Position numbers and translations under genes: made by a program. Below are positions 19,846 through 28,961 of a stretch of 64,000 nt of DNA, piece by piece; the first letter of the stretch is position 1, and each line of letters opens with the position of its first letter. The stretch comes from a virus (lineage: Duplodnaviria; Heunggongvirae; Uroviricota; Caudoviricetes): positions 1-64,000 of IMG/VR virus record IMGVR_UViG_3300049044_000033, one strand, 5' to 3'. The notes beneath the pieces are model-generated. The model was not told the DNA's origin and did not search any database. It was given only the letters and a program-made list of their open reading frames with translations.

Positions 19846-21141
19846 TTAGTTAATCTGCCAGTGTGTTGAACCAAGACTGTTATAGTCTGTCCTAAACAAA
19901 TAGTAGGGGTGAGATACGCCATTGATCGTTAGTGTGACATTGCGAGGAACTGATCCAGTAAAAGCACCGTTGTTTTCCCACATGGCACCGCCCCAGCCTC
20001 CGCCGAGTAAGCCACTGTCTCGATCCAGGAATTGCTGGTCGCTAGTGATACCAAAGCTTACAGGAACTGCATACCAACCATATTGTCCATTTGCAACATT
20101 AACATCAAACTGGGTGGCCTTAGTGGTAGAACCTGGAGTTAAGCTGAGAACAAAGTTAGCCCAATTGATTGCACCATAGAATCCGCCGGGAATAGCTGCC
20201 GAACCATAATAGGCTTTGAGTGGTGGAGCAGTAACAGTTACTGGACGAGTTCCCGTAACTGTGGTGCCCCTATAAGTGTAACTGGCAGCTATAACACCAT
20301 TCACGTTAAGTCCCACAGCAGGTGCGGTTAAAACATTACCGGCCAGGGTTCCGATGCTACCACTCTGGATTGAGAAAGTAGAGGAGGACGTAACCACTTG
20401 GGACGAGCCATCGTTGAACGTAGCTGTGGCCGTAAAAGTACCAGTTCCACTACTCGCAATCGAAGAAGGACCGCCAACTGCTAGGCTGACAACCTTGAGG
20501 GCGCGAATCTGGACGTCAGTTGAAGCTGTAAAACTCTTACCCTGGGAATCAGTATAGTTGGCTGTAACTGTGACGGTCTGATCATTCCAAACATCGTTTG
20601 CAGTCAAGAGACCAGCGTTGGTAATTGTACCAACACCGAATACACCCAAGGTATAATTGGCATTCACAACTGTTGAAGCCTGACGAATAACGTCAATGTA
20701 TTGAACAGGTAAACTTACCGACCTAGTACCATAAACAAATGTTGGGGTAGGTTCGACAAATTTGAAATCCTTTAGGTTGAGGTATTCCTCGATCATTGCT
20801 CGGATGAGATCATAATCCACGACACCCTCAGGGCCCTGTGGGCCTATTGGACCCTGTGGACCTGGAGGGCCTTGTTCACCCCTTGGACCTTGAGCTCCTA
20901 ATACAGTAGGAACTTCCTTTACAATGGTAGCAGCAGGAACATTGGAAGCTTTTTCATCAGTTCCAGTATAAACCTTGCCGTCAGGGCCTATTGCCATCTC
21001 ATTCGAGGTGGTTGCTGCTTCACTCTGTGAGGTGTTCTTTACCTTGGCCTTGACGGTATTTCCCTTATCCTGATTAGAAGGATCGCTGAAATATTCCATG
21101 CCTGGCACAGGCACATAAGGTTTTGGTGTGTCTTCAGCCAT
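19846..21141 (-). CDS. Fiber protein with short collagen segment and Ig-like (BIG2-like) domains
   Basis: GAQGPRGEQGPPGPQGPIGPQGPEG; TATATFNDGSSQVVT; TVTVTANY. Confidence 0.75.
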   Translation of the reverse strand: MAEDTPKPYVPVPGMEYFSDPSNQDKGNTVKAKVKNTSQSEAATTSNEMAIGPDGKVYTGTDEKASNVPAATIVKEVPTVLGAQGPRGEQGPPGPQGPIGPQGPEGVVDYDLIRAMIEEYLNLKDFKFVEPTPTFVYGTRSVSLPVQYIDVIRQASTVVNANYTLGVFGVGTITNAGLLTANDVWNDQTVTVTANYTDSQGKSFTASTDVQIRALKVVSLAVGGPSSIASSGTGTFTATATFNDGSSQVVTSSSTFSIQSGSIGTLAGNVLTAPAVGLNVNGVIAASYTYRGTTVTGTRPVTVTAPPLKAYYGSAAIPGGFYGAINWANFVLSLTPGSTTKATQFDVNVANGQYGWYAVPVSFGITSDQQFLDRDSGLLGGGWGGAMWENNGAFTGSVPRNVTLTINGVSHPYYLFRTDYNSLGSTHWQIN

Positions 21142-21180
21142 ATCGATCTCGCAGTTGGGGATTTCTGATATTTAGCTGAC

Positions 21181-21441
21181 TTACTTCTTGGGAGGAATAG
21201 TAGAAAAGGCTGGATTTGTGACTCTATGGAGGGCCCCGCATTTGGCGCAATAGAAGTCAACTTGTCGGAATATCATGTTTTCCGATTCGAAGGATGTCTT
21301 GGTTTGGCACTTCTGACAGGTAAAAACCCAAGGACCCAAAAACATTTGAGGATTATCCTTGACGGTTGTGACTGCGGGCTTCATAGCCATGTCGCCTCTT
21401 GATGCCACAGCATTAGGAAAATGGATGATATTGTCTTCCAT
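21181..21441 (-). CDS. Zinc-ribbon protein
   Basis: CQKC...CAKC; CTAAATA at 21480-21486. Confidence 0.7.
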   Translation of the reverse strand: MEDNIIHFPNAVASRGDMAMKPAVTTVKDNPQMFLGPWVFTCQKCQTKTSFESENMIFRQVDFYCAKCGALHRVTNPAFSTIPPKK

Positions 21442-21591
21442 GCCTAACTCACTTTAACTCCTAATAAGCTGCTCAAAGATATTTAGTGGGCAAACCGCCT
21501 TAGATCTCCGCGCACTTTTACCTGACATTTTGGTAATAAGATTATTGCGATTGGTTAGATGTCAATGCTATACAAGTCCAAGAGGTGATAA

Positions 21592-21837
21592 ATGAACGCA
21601 TTGGTTAAGGTTTTGGTTCTAGGCTCAGGAGCAATGTCTGCTCTGCTTGTCTTGCTTATGTGCCTTTGCGTTCTTGCCACTGTGGTAAGTCAGTATATTG
21701 TCTGGAAGGATCGGGTTTCTTCTCTAAAGGCAAAATCAGCTATATCCTTTGCTTTGATGCTAACGACCCTTTGGGGTAGCTACCTCACGTACCAAGTCTC
21801 GCTTATATCTTGGGAACTCATCCAATACCTCAGGTGA
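21592..21837 (+). CDS. Small membrane protein
   Basis: Two hydrophobic segments; GAGGTG SD. Confidence 0.6.
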   Translation: MNALVKVLVLGSGAMSALLVLLMCLCVLATVVSQYIVWKDRVSSLKAKSAISFALMLTTLWGSYLTYQVSLISWELIQYLR

Positions 21838-21844
21838 ATCCTAC

Positions 21845-21872
21845 TTGACAATAGGACAATAGGCACTATGTT
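21845..21872 (+). promoter_or_regulatory. Sigma70-type promoter
   Basis: TTGACA-N16-TATGTT upstream of the 406-aa ORF and the plus-strand array. Confidence 0.6.
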
Positions 21873-21903
21873 GGGTCTGACACTCTAATGTGGAAGATCG
21901 AAC

Positions 21904-23124
21904 GTGGACCTTTTGAATCTTGTTTGGCAAGATGTGAATAATCCGCGCATTTGGAAGAATGCGCCTGATCTTGCTCAGGAAGCCTATAGGCACCATTATA
22001 CCAATTACCGACATATTCTCCATAGAGTTCATCCCTTTAAACTAGATCCTAAGGCTCTTCGTGTTGCGATTGAGCTATCTATGGAAGGGCCGGAGAAAAT
22101 GGCAGATCGACTTGAATTAGCTCGTCTGCCATTCCCAGAAGTGTGGATCGAATTTGATCTCCATGAAAAGCTTTATATTGGCAATCAGCTAGGTATTAGT
22201 CCTCTTCCTGCTGAAGATACTCCTTCTAGGATTGGCTATCTCTTACAAGAGGATCCAGGCGATCCTCTTCGTTGGACCGTGATAACTTGGGTGAGTGTAG
22301 ATAGTATTCGTCAGCCCGTTCATAAGCCACATCGCGATGAAATGTTGACCAGTGTGTCTATGAACGCATGGATGATAGATACGGCCAAACGTGCTATTCC
22401 TGAGCGTATAGGTATGGTCAACGGCGTTCAACGCGAGATGCTCGAAAACGCTATCACATTCAATGTCAAAGGCGGTGATTATACTAGTGAAGATACGTGG
22501 CGTTCGTTTGCTCACTTAGGGTGGGGTTATGGATCCTCATTAGAAGACGCAGAAGACAAAGCTGACATTGATCCTATGAGGGTCTTAGGACAGTTCCCTA
22601 TGTTGAGGAACTCTATCAATGTTGGCTGGGAGCCTCTGAGCTATCAAATACGTCCGGTTGCCGCTAGTAAAATTGACAGGCAGTTTACTAATTCGTGTGT
22701 TGAAAGTCGAGGCGATGTTAGGACCATCGTGTCTATATTGGCATTGATCAACGAAGTTCCTATTATCGAAACTCCCACGGAGCAAAAAGGAAGCTTCAGA
22801 GGACCCGGTGGAGTAATTAGGAAATACTTGACCAACAAGACCGTTACTATCAATATACCTGCTAAGAAGCCTATAAATCAAGTTAGGAGGATCCTAGCCA
22901 AGGCTTCGAAGAGCCACAAGGCAAGACATGAGGTAAGAGGTCATTGGAGAACAATCGTTCACAAGAGTGACCACTGGCGTAAAAAGGAAAATCCCGATGG
23001 TACTATCGTGGATGAGTTCATTGCCGCAGGACAACTTGAGAGAGTCTGGGTTACAAGTCACGAGCGCGGCGATGCTGCTTATGGCTATGTGAAGCATGAC
23101 TACAAGGTGGAGAAGAGGAAATGA
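21904..23124 (+). CDS. Hypothetical protein (406 aa) heading the plus-strand array
   Basis: Basic C-terminal RHEVRGHWR...VWVxxHERGD...GYV motif; RLPFPEVWIEF. Confidence 0.75.
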   Translation: MDLLNLVWQDVNNPRIWKNAPDLAQEAYRHHYTNYRHILHRVHPFKLDPKALRVAIELSMEGPEKMADRLELARLPFPEVWIEFDLHEKLYIGNQLGISPLPAEDTPSRIGYLLQEDPGDPLRWTVITWVSVDSIRQPVHKPHRDEMLTSVSMNAWMIDTAKRAIPERIGMVNGVQREMLENAITFNVKGGDYTSEDTWRSFAHLGWGYGSSLEDAEDKADIDPMRVLGQFPMLRNSINVGWEPLSYQIRPVAASKIDRQFTNSCVESRGDVRTIVSILALINEVPIIETPTEQKGSFRGPGGVIRKYLTNKTVTINIPAKKPINQVRRILAKASKSHKARHEVRGHWRTIVHKSDHWRKKENPDGTIVDEFIAAGQLERVWVTSHERGDAAYGYVKHDYKVEKRK

Positions 23125-23339
23125 GTTCTTTGGAGTTCGGGACATTCTCCTCTAATTGGCCCCATATTGTTAAAGCCAAGCCTGGCAAGGAAAATGAGAA
23201 TGCTGCTTGGCTTTGGATTAATCAGTATTGTTGGGATAATGATCTAGACGGATCAGAGATCTATACCACATTCAGTTACAGTGAGTTTGGTTTTAAAGAT
23301 CCAAAGCTCGCTATGGAATTCAAGCTTCGTTTTGGCTAA
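23121..23339 (+). CDS. FKLxWGG family small protein
   Basis: Ends FGFKDPKLAMEFKLRFG. Confidence 0.8.
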   Translation: MSSLEFGTFSSNWPHIVKAKPGKENENAAWLWINQYCWDNDLDGSEIYTTFSYSEFGFKDPKLAMEFKLRFG

Positions 23340-23360
23340 ATACCTCTACAGGAGGTGTTT
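23336..23360 (+). promoter_or_regulatory. Late promoter CTAAATA overlapping an SD-sequestering hairpin
   Basis: AAATACCTCT-ACA-GGAGGTGTTT directly before ATG 23361. Confidence 0.7.
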
Positions 23361-23633
23361 ATGTCAGAACAGCTTAACCTAAAGAAGCAGCTAATCGACC
23401 AGGGTTCTCACGCTGGTGCAGCTATCTTAATCCTTACCCCACTTATTTCATGTCCCTCAATGCTAACTGCGGCAATCGCAGGTTTTGGTTGTGGTCTCGT
23501 TCGTGAAGTCACTTCGCGAGGTACTCCAACGAAGTTGAGCAATTTCACTGATATTGTGAAATCACCTTGGTCACTTCTCGATATTTCGTTTTGGACCGCT
23601 GGTGCTGTTTTGGCTTGGAAATTCTTTGGGTAA
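23361..23633 (+). CDS. Small membrane protein, holin candidate
   Basis: 2-3 hydrophobic segments; late-type control; not an array paralog; holin role is inference. Confidence 0.5.
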   Translation: MSEQLNLKKQLIDQGSHAGAAILILTPLISCPSMLTAAIAGFGCGLVREVTSRGTPTKLSNFTDIVKSPWSLLDISFWTAGAVLAWKFFG

Positions 23634-23636
23634 AAA

Positions 23637-23951
23637 GTGGATCGTCACGTTCGCCACTTAGAGAGTTACTACCTGCAGAAGCAGGAATTGCTTCTGCAGT
23701 ATCCCTTAGTGCTCACCTTGGAGCATGTTGACAGCATCATAGATATTCGTGATTGGATTTCTGATAGTCATCTTGATTGTAAATGGCATGCCTTCCTTTT
23801 TAGGAATTTCGGCTTTGAAATCGGATACGACTTTTTCTTCAGACAATCAGGTGACGCGGCAATGTTTAAGCTTGCTTGGGGCGGCCTCAAAGAAAATAGA
23901 CTCGCTCCATTGAGGTTTGGATTTTTCCTCGGAGAGCAATGGATTCCTTGA
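23637..23951 (+). CDS. FKLxWGG family small protein
   Basis: IRDWI; FFFRQSGDAAMFKLAWGG plus extension. Confidence 0.8.
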   Translation: MDRHVRHLESYYLQKQELLLQYPLVLTLEHVDSIIDIRDWISDSHLDCKWHAFLFRNFGFEIGYDFFFRQSGDAAMFKLAWGGLKENRLAPLRFGFFLGEQWIP

Positions 23952-23975
23952 CAACTGGTTAATTTGTGTTAGACC
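23948..23975 (+). promoter_or_regulatory. Sigma70-type promoter, predicted leaderless start
   Basis: TTGACA-N16-TAGACC-N6-ATG(23982). Confidence 0.6.
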
Positions 23976-23981
23976 AGTGGC

Positions 23982-24248
23982 ATGAAGCAGGTCGCATCAG
24001 CTTTTAACTATTTTCCTCATGCCTTAGCTGTGCCTAGCCTTCCTAGCGAACTTCACAAAAGCCGTGGACGCGCTATCAACGAATGGCTGGTTGATCTATC
24101 TCTTCGGTATAATGTTCATTATGTCTGCTTTGAACATCGCGATCAACCTCAACAGTTGGACGATGTGGTGTGCTGGGCATTCAAAGACAAATGGATGGCT
24201 CTCCAATTCAAACTGAAGTTTAGTGCATGGTCGGATACAAATTTATAA
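23982..24248 (+). CDS. FKLxWGG family small protein
   Basis: INEWL; WAFKDKWMALQFKLKF. Confidence 0.8.
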   Translation: MKQVASAFNYFPHALAVPSLPSELHKSRGRAINEWLVDLSLRYNVHYVCFEHRDQPQQLDDVVCWAFKDKWMALQFKLKFSAWSDTNL

Positions 24249-24718
24249 TAGACGGTCGCCCTTACGCAACATTCAGCTGGTTCGATAGTAATGTGAAGAT
24301 GAAGTCAGATCTACAAGACTGGCTCCACAAGCATCGCTGTTGGGACGGAGCAGATCGAGGATGGAATGGCTGGACTGACCTTATGGATCTTCGTCCCCTC
24401 TGTAACTATGGGCAGATCGATAAAACCTGGTTGATGTTTGACTGGAACCACATACACTTGGGCAAGGCTTTTCGTGAACGCTTTTCTACGTGGAAGCAAA
24501 CGATGGTTTTTGATGTTCGGGTCCATGTCCCTGATAATAAAGCAGGCGAAGCAGTATTGGAGCACCATGAGAACTGGCTAAAAGCCTTTAACTATCAAGA
24601 AGGTAACGACTGGGCTCGTTCTCCATGTGCAGAAACATTTGTGGATTCCGACAACTGGCTATATAGTTTCTCGTCGAAGAAAGCCGCAGCGGCTTTCAAG
24701 CTAGTTTTTGGGGTATAG
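24227..24718 (+). CDS. FKLxWGG family protein, two tandem domains
   Basis: QDWL...LGKAFRERF and ENWL...YSFSSKKAAAAFKLVFGV. Confidence 0.75.
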   Translation: MVGYKFIIDGRPYATFSWFDSNVKMKSDLQDWLHKHRCWDGADRGWNGWTDLMDLRPLCNYGQIDKTWLMFDWNHIHLGKAFRERFSTWKQTMVFDVRVHVPDNKAGEAVLEHHENWLKAFNYQEGNDWARSPCAETFVDSDNWLYSFSSKKAAAAFKLVFGV

Positions 24719-25012
24719 ATGTTTAGTTCGCTCAAAAGTTTCAGCGACGAGCAAAAACTTCAAATGGGAAAGGAAGTCATCCTTTTACCTGCTACCTACC
24801 TAGCGATTGCCGAACGTGAAGATATTGGTCAAACTCCGTTTGCTGATACACCTATACTGATTCGAGACTTTCTAGTAGACTGGTGTTCCAAAAACATCAA
24901 GGGTCGTTGGAAGCACTCACTAATAACGGTTGATCAGCGTCTAGCCTTTCAGTTTACCTTTCAGAAGAAGAGCGAAGCCGTTCGCTTTAAATTAGTCTGG
25001 GGCGGGAAATGA
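24719..25012 (+). CDS. FKLxWGG family small protein
   Basis: VDWC; FTFQKKSEAVRFKLVWGGK. Confidence 0.8.
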   Translation: MFSSLKSFSDEQKLQMGKEVILLPATYLAIAEREDIGQTPFADTPILIRDFLVDWCSKNIKGRWKHSLITVDQRLAFQFTFQKKSEAVRFKLVWGGK

Positions 25013-25230
25013 GAAAGAAGGATTGGCCTCACGACATAACGATCTATTACGAAACTGTTCGTGCCCGTGAGCTATTAACATGGCTTCGCACTCAGGGCCA
25101 CATCCTTCATGAGACTGTGAAATTTGGAAAGAACCACCAGAAATCAGGTTCTCCGTATATCAGCCAACAGGTTCTTTTCAAAGACGCTAATCAGGCTATG
25201 ATGTTCAAATTAGTTTGGGGTGGAAAGTGA
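25009..25230 (+). CDS. FKLxWGG family small protein
   Basis: LTWL; VLFKDANQAMMFKLVWGGK. Confidence 0.8.
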   Translation: MRKKDWPHDITIYYETVRARELLTWLRTQGHILHETVKFGKNHQKSGSPYISQQVLFKDANQAMMFKLVWGGK

Positions 25231-25436
25231 CCTTTGTATCCAATTTCCCTTATCTGGTTCAACTCTCAACCACTCAGACTGATTTTGGTCACAAGACAAT
25301 TGACTGGTTGAAGGAGCGAAAGAAGCGCCCTGATCGTGACTATGATATAGATATGCACGGAGGCCATGAACCCTATGTGAGCTTTTGGTTCAAAGATCGA
25401 AAACTGGCAATCTACACTAAAACGGTCTGGGGCTGA
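25227..25436 (+). CDS. FKLxWGG family small protein
   Basis: GTGA overlap start; FWFKDRKLAIYTKTVWG. Confidence 0.75.
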   Translation: MTFVSNFPYLVQLSTTQTDFGHKTIDWLKERKKRPDRDYDIDMHGGHEPYVSFWFKDRKLAIYTKTVWG

Positions 25437-25627
25437 TGTTTGATCACAAGGTGCTCGTAGTGAGTAATGACTTTAACCGAAAGCTTCTTAAACGGCAAGG
25501 GTTGAAGTTTGGAATAGACTACCGTTCCGAGTCTGGTGCTGTGGAAGCTGGCAGACAAAGTAGCCTATGTCTGAAATTCAAAGATCTCAATAAGGCAATG
25601 ATCTACAAGCTTCAAACTCGAACTTGA
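25436..25627 (+). CDS. FKLxWGG family small protein
   Basis: LKFKDLNKAMIYKL. Confidence 0.7.
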   Translation: MFDHKVLVVSNDFNRKLLKRQGLKFGIDYRSESGAVEAGRQSSLCLKFKDLNKAMIYKLQTRT

Positions 25628-25653
25628 GAATCACAGGTGCGATAAATTGATGT

Positions 25654-25884
25654 ATGGAAGACATCTTTGTTCGCACCCGCAAGCTGTCAATGCGTCAGCT
25701 CTTAGAAGTAGCAAGCTGGCTAAAAGAACACGCCACCGGTCGGGTTTCAATCAGACAGACTGATCCAACACTGTTTATTCAGCAATATTGCGCTGAAATG
25801 GACTCAGGGAAGAAGATTCATAGGCTAAAAGTGCGTTTCTTCAACGAGACAGACGCCCGACGTTTCCTCATGGTTTGGGGTTGA
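25654..25884 (+). CDS. FKLxWGG family small protein
   Basis: ASWL; VRFFNETDARRFLMVWG. Confidence 0.75.
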   Translation: MEDIFVRTRKLSMRQLLEVASWLKEHATGRVSIRQTDPTLFIQQYCAEMDSGKKIHRLKVRFFNETDARRFLMVWG

Positions 25885-25908
25885 CTTATCACCACTTTGT
25901 GCTAGAGT
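25881..25908 (+). promoter_or_regulatory. Sigma70-type promoter
   Basis: TTGACT-N16-TAGAGT, then GGAGGT SD and ATG 25930. Confidence 0.65.
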
Positions 25909-25929
25909 TGCCGCACAAAGGAGGTATTA

Positions 25930-26178
25930 ATGTCGCCATTACCGGATATTGAAGACTTGTTTCCCCATCTCGTTCGGGTGAAACACAACGGAGACGCCCC
26001 TGGCGTTACTCTGCGGATTATGAAGTGGCTCGAAGGTCGCAAGATCATGATCCACACAGACTTCTATCTGGATATGAGCGCTGATCCTGAACGGGTTCTG
26101 GTACACTTCAAGAAAAAGAAGCCGGCCAAACTTTTCAAAGAAAACAAGAAAGCAATTCGCGATGAAGCGGAAGCTTGA
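25930..26178 (+). CDS. FKLxWGG family small protein (divergent C-terminus)
   Basis: MKWL; VHFKKKKPAKLFK. Confidence 0.7.
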   Translation: MSPLPDIEDLFPHLVRVKHNGDAPGVTLRIMKWLEGRKIMIHTDFYLDMSADPERVLVHFKKKKPAKLFKENKKAIRDEAEA

Positions 26179-26458
26179 TCCTCTCAAGGAACATGGTAAG
26201 AAGGTCTTCATTTCATATGAGAATAAACGCGCCTTCGAGACTCGCACCCTGAAGTTCAAGGGAGGCAAATATAACGAGCGCACCTATTCCTATGAACGAG
26301 ATAATGTTCCATCGAAGGAACTCACCGACTGGCTTAACAAGCGCGCTGGTCCCCATAAAGTTCTCTGGCTTGCTGAAAAGATAACAGGCGGCTTCAACTT
26401 CTATTTTGCCCGACCTGACATTGCTATGATGTTCAAACTAGCTTGGGGCGGCTTGTGA
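26162..26458 (+). CDS. FKLxWGG family small protein
   Basis: TDWL; FYFARPDIAMMFKLAWGGL. Confidence 0.8.
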   Translation: MKRKLDPLKEHGKKVFISYENKRAFETRTLKFKGGKYNERTYSYERDNVPSKELTDWLNKRAGPHKVLWLAEKITGGFNFYFARPDIAMMFKLAWGGL

Positions 26459-26733
26459 TCAAAATAGACGTAGACCCTCTTGTTCCTTCTAAACAGTTTC
26501 CCGACGCTTCTAATGCCTATGTTCAAATGTTGGACTACTGGAAGGAATTTCTAGAGCAGTACCATTTGATCCACGTGAAAGGTGGTAGCGAAAGAATGTC
26601 GCTTGACCCTGGACAATGGTGTATTCAGAATTATTCTCGAACTGTAACTGAATGGAGGGGAATGAGAGTTTGCTTTCACCCCGATGATCGAATCATCGCG
26701 ATGCTATTCAAACTCACATGGGGTGGACAATGA
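26455..26733 (+). CDS. FKLxWGG family small protein
   Basis: VCFHPDDRIIAMLFKLTWGGQ. Confidence 0.8.
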   Translation: MIKIDVDPLVPSKQFPDASNAYVQMLDYWKEFLEQYHLIHVKGGSERMSLDPGQWCIQNYSRTVTEWRGMRVCFHPDDRIIAMLFKLTWGGQ

Positions 26734-26981
26734 CTGAGCAGCATAAAGCAATGGCCCAACTCCTTTATATGAGTTTGATGAAGTGGGCCGATACTACTAT
26801 CGAAACCTTAGAGCGTATCCGTGATACTGGTGTTCATGATGACACAATTGATGACTTAGTAGTAGAGGTCCACTCCTTGATCGACAGGAAGCTCGCAGAG
26901 TCTGTGGATTCTGATGTTGTGATAGACGAAATCGAAAAGATCAATGACCATATTGTGGCAATGAAGAAGCTCTACCTATGA
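26730..26981 (+). CDS. Acidic helical hypothetical protein inserted in the array
   Basis: ATGA-coupled on both sides; lacks the family motif. Confidence 0.65.
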   Translation: MTEQHKAMAQLLYMSLMKWADTTIETLERIRDTGVHDDTIDDLVVEVHSLIDRKLAESVDSDVVIDEIEKINDHIVAMKKLYL

Positions 26982-27304
26982 GTTATAATTGCCAGTGGGA
27001 AGAGGATTTCCTAGTAGTCAGCATTCATGACGCAGTGACAGGAAATCGCTACGCCTTGGGCCCTAAGCTAACAGAGGAAGAACGTCAAGCGGCTCGGGAC
27101 AAGCGTAACAGTCAAACGCCGCAGGAAAACCTACGGGATCTGATGAGAGGTCATTACCTTTCCCAATGGCAAGCTTCTGATCTCTATAGCTGGTTCGAGC
27201 AGCATTGCCCTGGTTACCAGTTCAAGGGACTGTTTCAGAAGACTGTTAAGATCAAATTTGCTGAGCTTGACCACGCAATGTTGTTTAAGCTTACCTGGAC
27301 ATGA
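26978..27304 (+). CDS. FKLxWGG family small protein
   Basis: YSWF; IKFAELDHAMLFKLTWT. Confidence 0.8.
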   Translation: MSYNCQWEEDFLVVSIHDAVTGNRYALGPKLTEEERQAARDKRNSQTPQENLRDLMRGHYLSQWQASDLYSWFEQHCPGYQFKGLFQKTVKIKFAELDHAMLFKLTWT

Positions 27305-27564
27305 TTCATTTCTCTCCTACTGAAATTGTCGTGATTGTAAAACATGACGACTTCTTCCACCCCAGAGAAGGTGAGGTGTTCTGGCACCTCAATGAAGATG
27401 TAGCGGAATGGCTGAAGGTTAATGTTGGTCTCCGAGCACCTATAAGTTGCGAACATGATAACGAGTGGAGGAGTCGTATCTGGTCCATTGACAAAGAGGT
27501 CCGACACGCCTTCTTTTTCAAATCAAGGAAGAAAGCTTTGTTGTTTGCTGCGAGGTGGTTATGA
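27301..27564 (+). CDS. FKLxWGG family small protein
   Basis: AEWL; FFFKSRKKALLFAARWL. Confidence 0.78.
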   Translation: MIHFSPTEIVVIVKHDDFFHPREGEVFWHLNEDVAEWLKVNVGLRAPISCEHDNEWRSRIWSIDKEVRHAFFFKSRKKALLFAARWL

Positions 27565-27794
27565 GGGATTTTGAGATCATTGTGCCGTTTGAGGTAGCAG
27601 CAACCTATAGTCGACAAAGAGTACCTATCGTCCAGCTTCGGACGAAGGTTCAGGATTGGGTAGATACAAGGGCTTTTAAGCCACGAGTAGACTTCTTATT
27701 CGGCGGCTCATATGAGAGCAACCATGAAAATTGGAAGATCAAATTCACCTTTGATTCTAAAGCAGATGCTATGATATTCAAATTGACTTTTTGA
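27561..27794 (+). CDS. FKLxWGG family small protein
   Basis: QDWV; FTFDSKADAMIFKLTF. Confidence 0.8.
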   Translation: MRDFEIIVPFEVAATYSRQRVPIVQLRTKVQDWVDTRAFKPRVDFLFGGSYESNHENWKIKFTFDSKADAMIFKLTF

Positions 27795-27818
27795 TCTCAG
27801 GTACGCGATAACACGGCT

Positions 27819-28238
27819 ATGAAGATAATCACACCTATTGATGTAGAGTTCAAAGGCACTGGCCGAGTTGATGGCACAGTAGAGATCTGGATTCAGAAGG
27901 ATTGCGGAGAACGGTTTTCTGTTCAGATACCCAATCGGGCTGAAATCCTTGAGCAGATCCAGTGGATAAGTGATAACGATCAGCTTAAAAACCTAAAGAA
28001 TATCACTCCTCAGCTGACTACCAACGAGGAAGAGATTAGCCTCATCAAACACCGAAACGCACTCAGAAAGGAAATGGACTTTAACCAGAGTAGCTACAAG
28101 GGTATCAGACACGATCCCTATTACTCTGTGATGCCGAAGTATGAAACGATTCCGGATCCAAAGTGGTCTGTTGTGTGGTCTTTCTGGGATAAAGATGCTG
28201 CCTTGATGTTTAAGCTTGCTATGGGCGGCAGCGTGTGA
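27819..28238 (+). CDS. FKLxWGG family protein with internal insertion
   Basis: IQWI; WSFWDKDAALMFKLAMGGSV. Confidence 0.78.
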   Translation: MKIITPIDVEFKGTGRVDGTVEIWIQKDCGERFSVQIPNRAEILEQIQWISDNDQLKNLKNITPQLTTNEEEISLIKHRNALRKEMDFNQSSYKGIRHDPYYSVMPKYETIPDPKWSVVWSFWDKDAALMFKLAMGGSV

Positions 28239-28603
28239 TCATCTACGAAAAGAATGACATATGGTGCCTTCGTGCCGAGGAGGTCGAGTCAATTTGGATG
28301 TATCAGGTCCTTGATCCTCGAAAGCCTACTCCCTTTCCTAAATTAAGACCATTCCTCACTGAATGGTTAAATCATTCCTTCAAAGGTAAGTGGTTTACAG
28401 CTAGGGATGATGGCAAAAAGATCATTGCGACTTCCGACAAATCAATCCTGTTATTATTCAAGCTCACATGGCAAGGCCACCCTGATATTACTCCTAGTGG
28501 CTTTATGGGAGATGCTGCGGCATTCTATGCCCCGTATGTTCCTCTAGTAGCCACTTCCACTATAAACAAGTCTGAAGATGACACCGAGCAGGATCCCCTG
28601 TAA
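28235..28603 (+). CDS. FKLxWGG family protein with capsid-like C-terminal peptide
   Basis: TEWL; LLLFKLTW followed by GDAAAFYAPYVPL. Confidence 0.75.
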   Translation: MIIYEKNDIWCLRAEEVESIWMYQVLDPRKPTPFPKLRPFLTEWLNHSFKGKWFTARDDGKKIIATSDKSILLLFKLTWQGHPDITPSGFMGDAAAFYAPYVPLVATSTINKSEDDTEQDPL

Positions 28604-28620
28604 AGCCCTAGTAAGCCCAG

Positions 28621-28648
28621 TTGACTTTTAGGGCTTCAGTGTTACAAA
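28621..28648 (+). promoter_or_regulatory. Sigma70-type promoter
   Basis: TTGACT-N16-TACAAA. Confidence 0.45.
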
Positions 28649-28706
28649 CAGGACTTTAAAGTGCTCGTTGGGCGCTATAGGGCATCTGAGGATACTGGTA
28701 AGTGTT

Positions 28707-28931
28707 ATGGCAATGGGTGACAAATTCTACAGCGTAACTCTTCCCCGAGACAACGTGATCGACATAGACGGGGACGAAGACGGTCCCTACTATAATCTCA
28801 AGGGTAAAGTTCAAGAATGGTCTAAAGAGTATAACCTCTACCTTGATTATTCCTTTGATGATCTCGGCGATGTATGGTTCGAATTCGATGACCGAGGTAT
28901 TGCGGCGATTTTCCTTTTAGCTTTTGCTTGA
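28707..28931 (+). CDS. FKLxWGG family small protein (acidic)
   Basis: QEWS; FEFDDRGIAAIFLLAFA. Confidence 0.72.
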   Translation: MAMGDKFYSVTLPRDNVIDIDGDEDGPYYNLKGKVQEWSKEYNLYLDYSFDDLGDVWFEFDDRGIAAIFLLAFA

Positions 28932-28955
28932 CAGATAGGACAATTCTAGTAGCCT
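28928..28955 (+). promoter_or_regulatory. Sigma70-type promoter, predicted leaderless start
   Basis: TTGACA-N16-TAGCCT-N6-ATG(28962). Confidence 0.65.
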
Positions 28956-28961
28956 GTGGAT

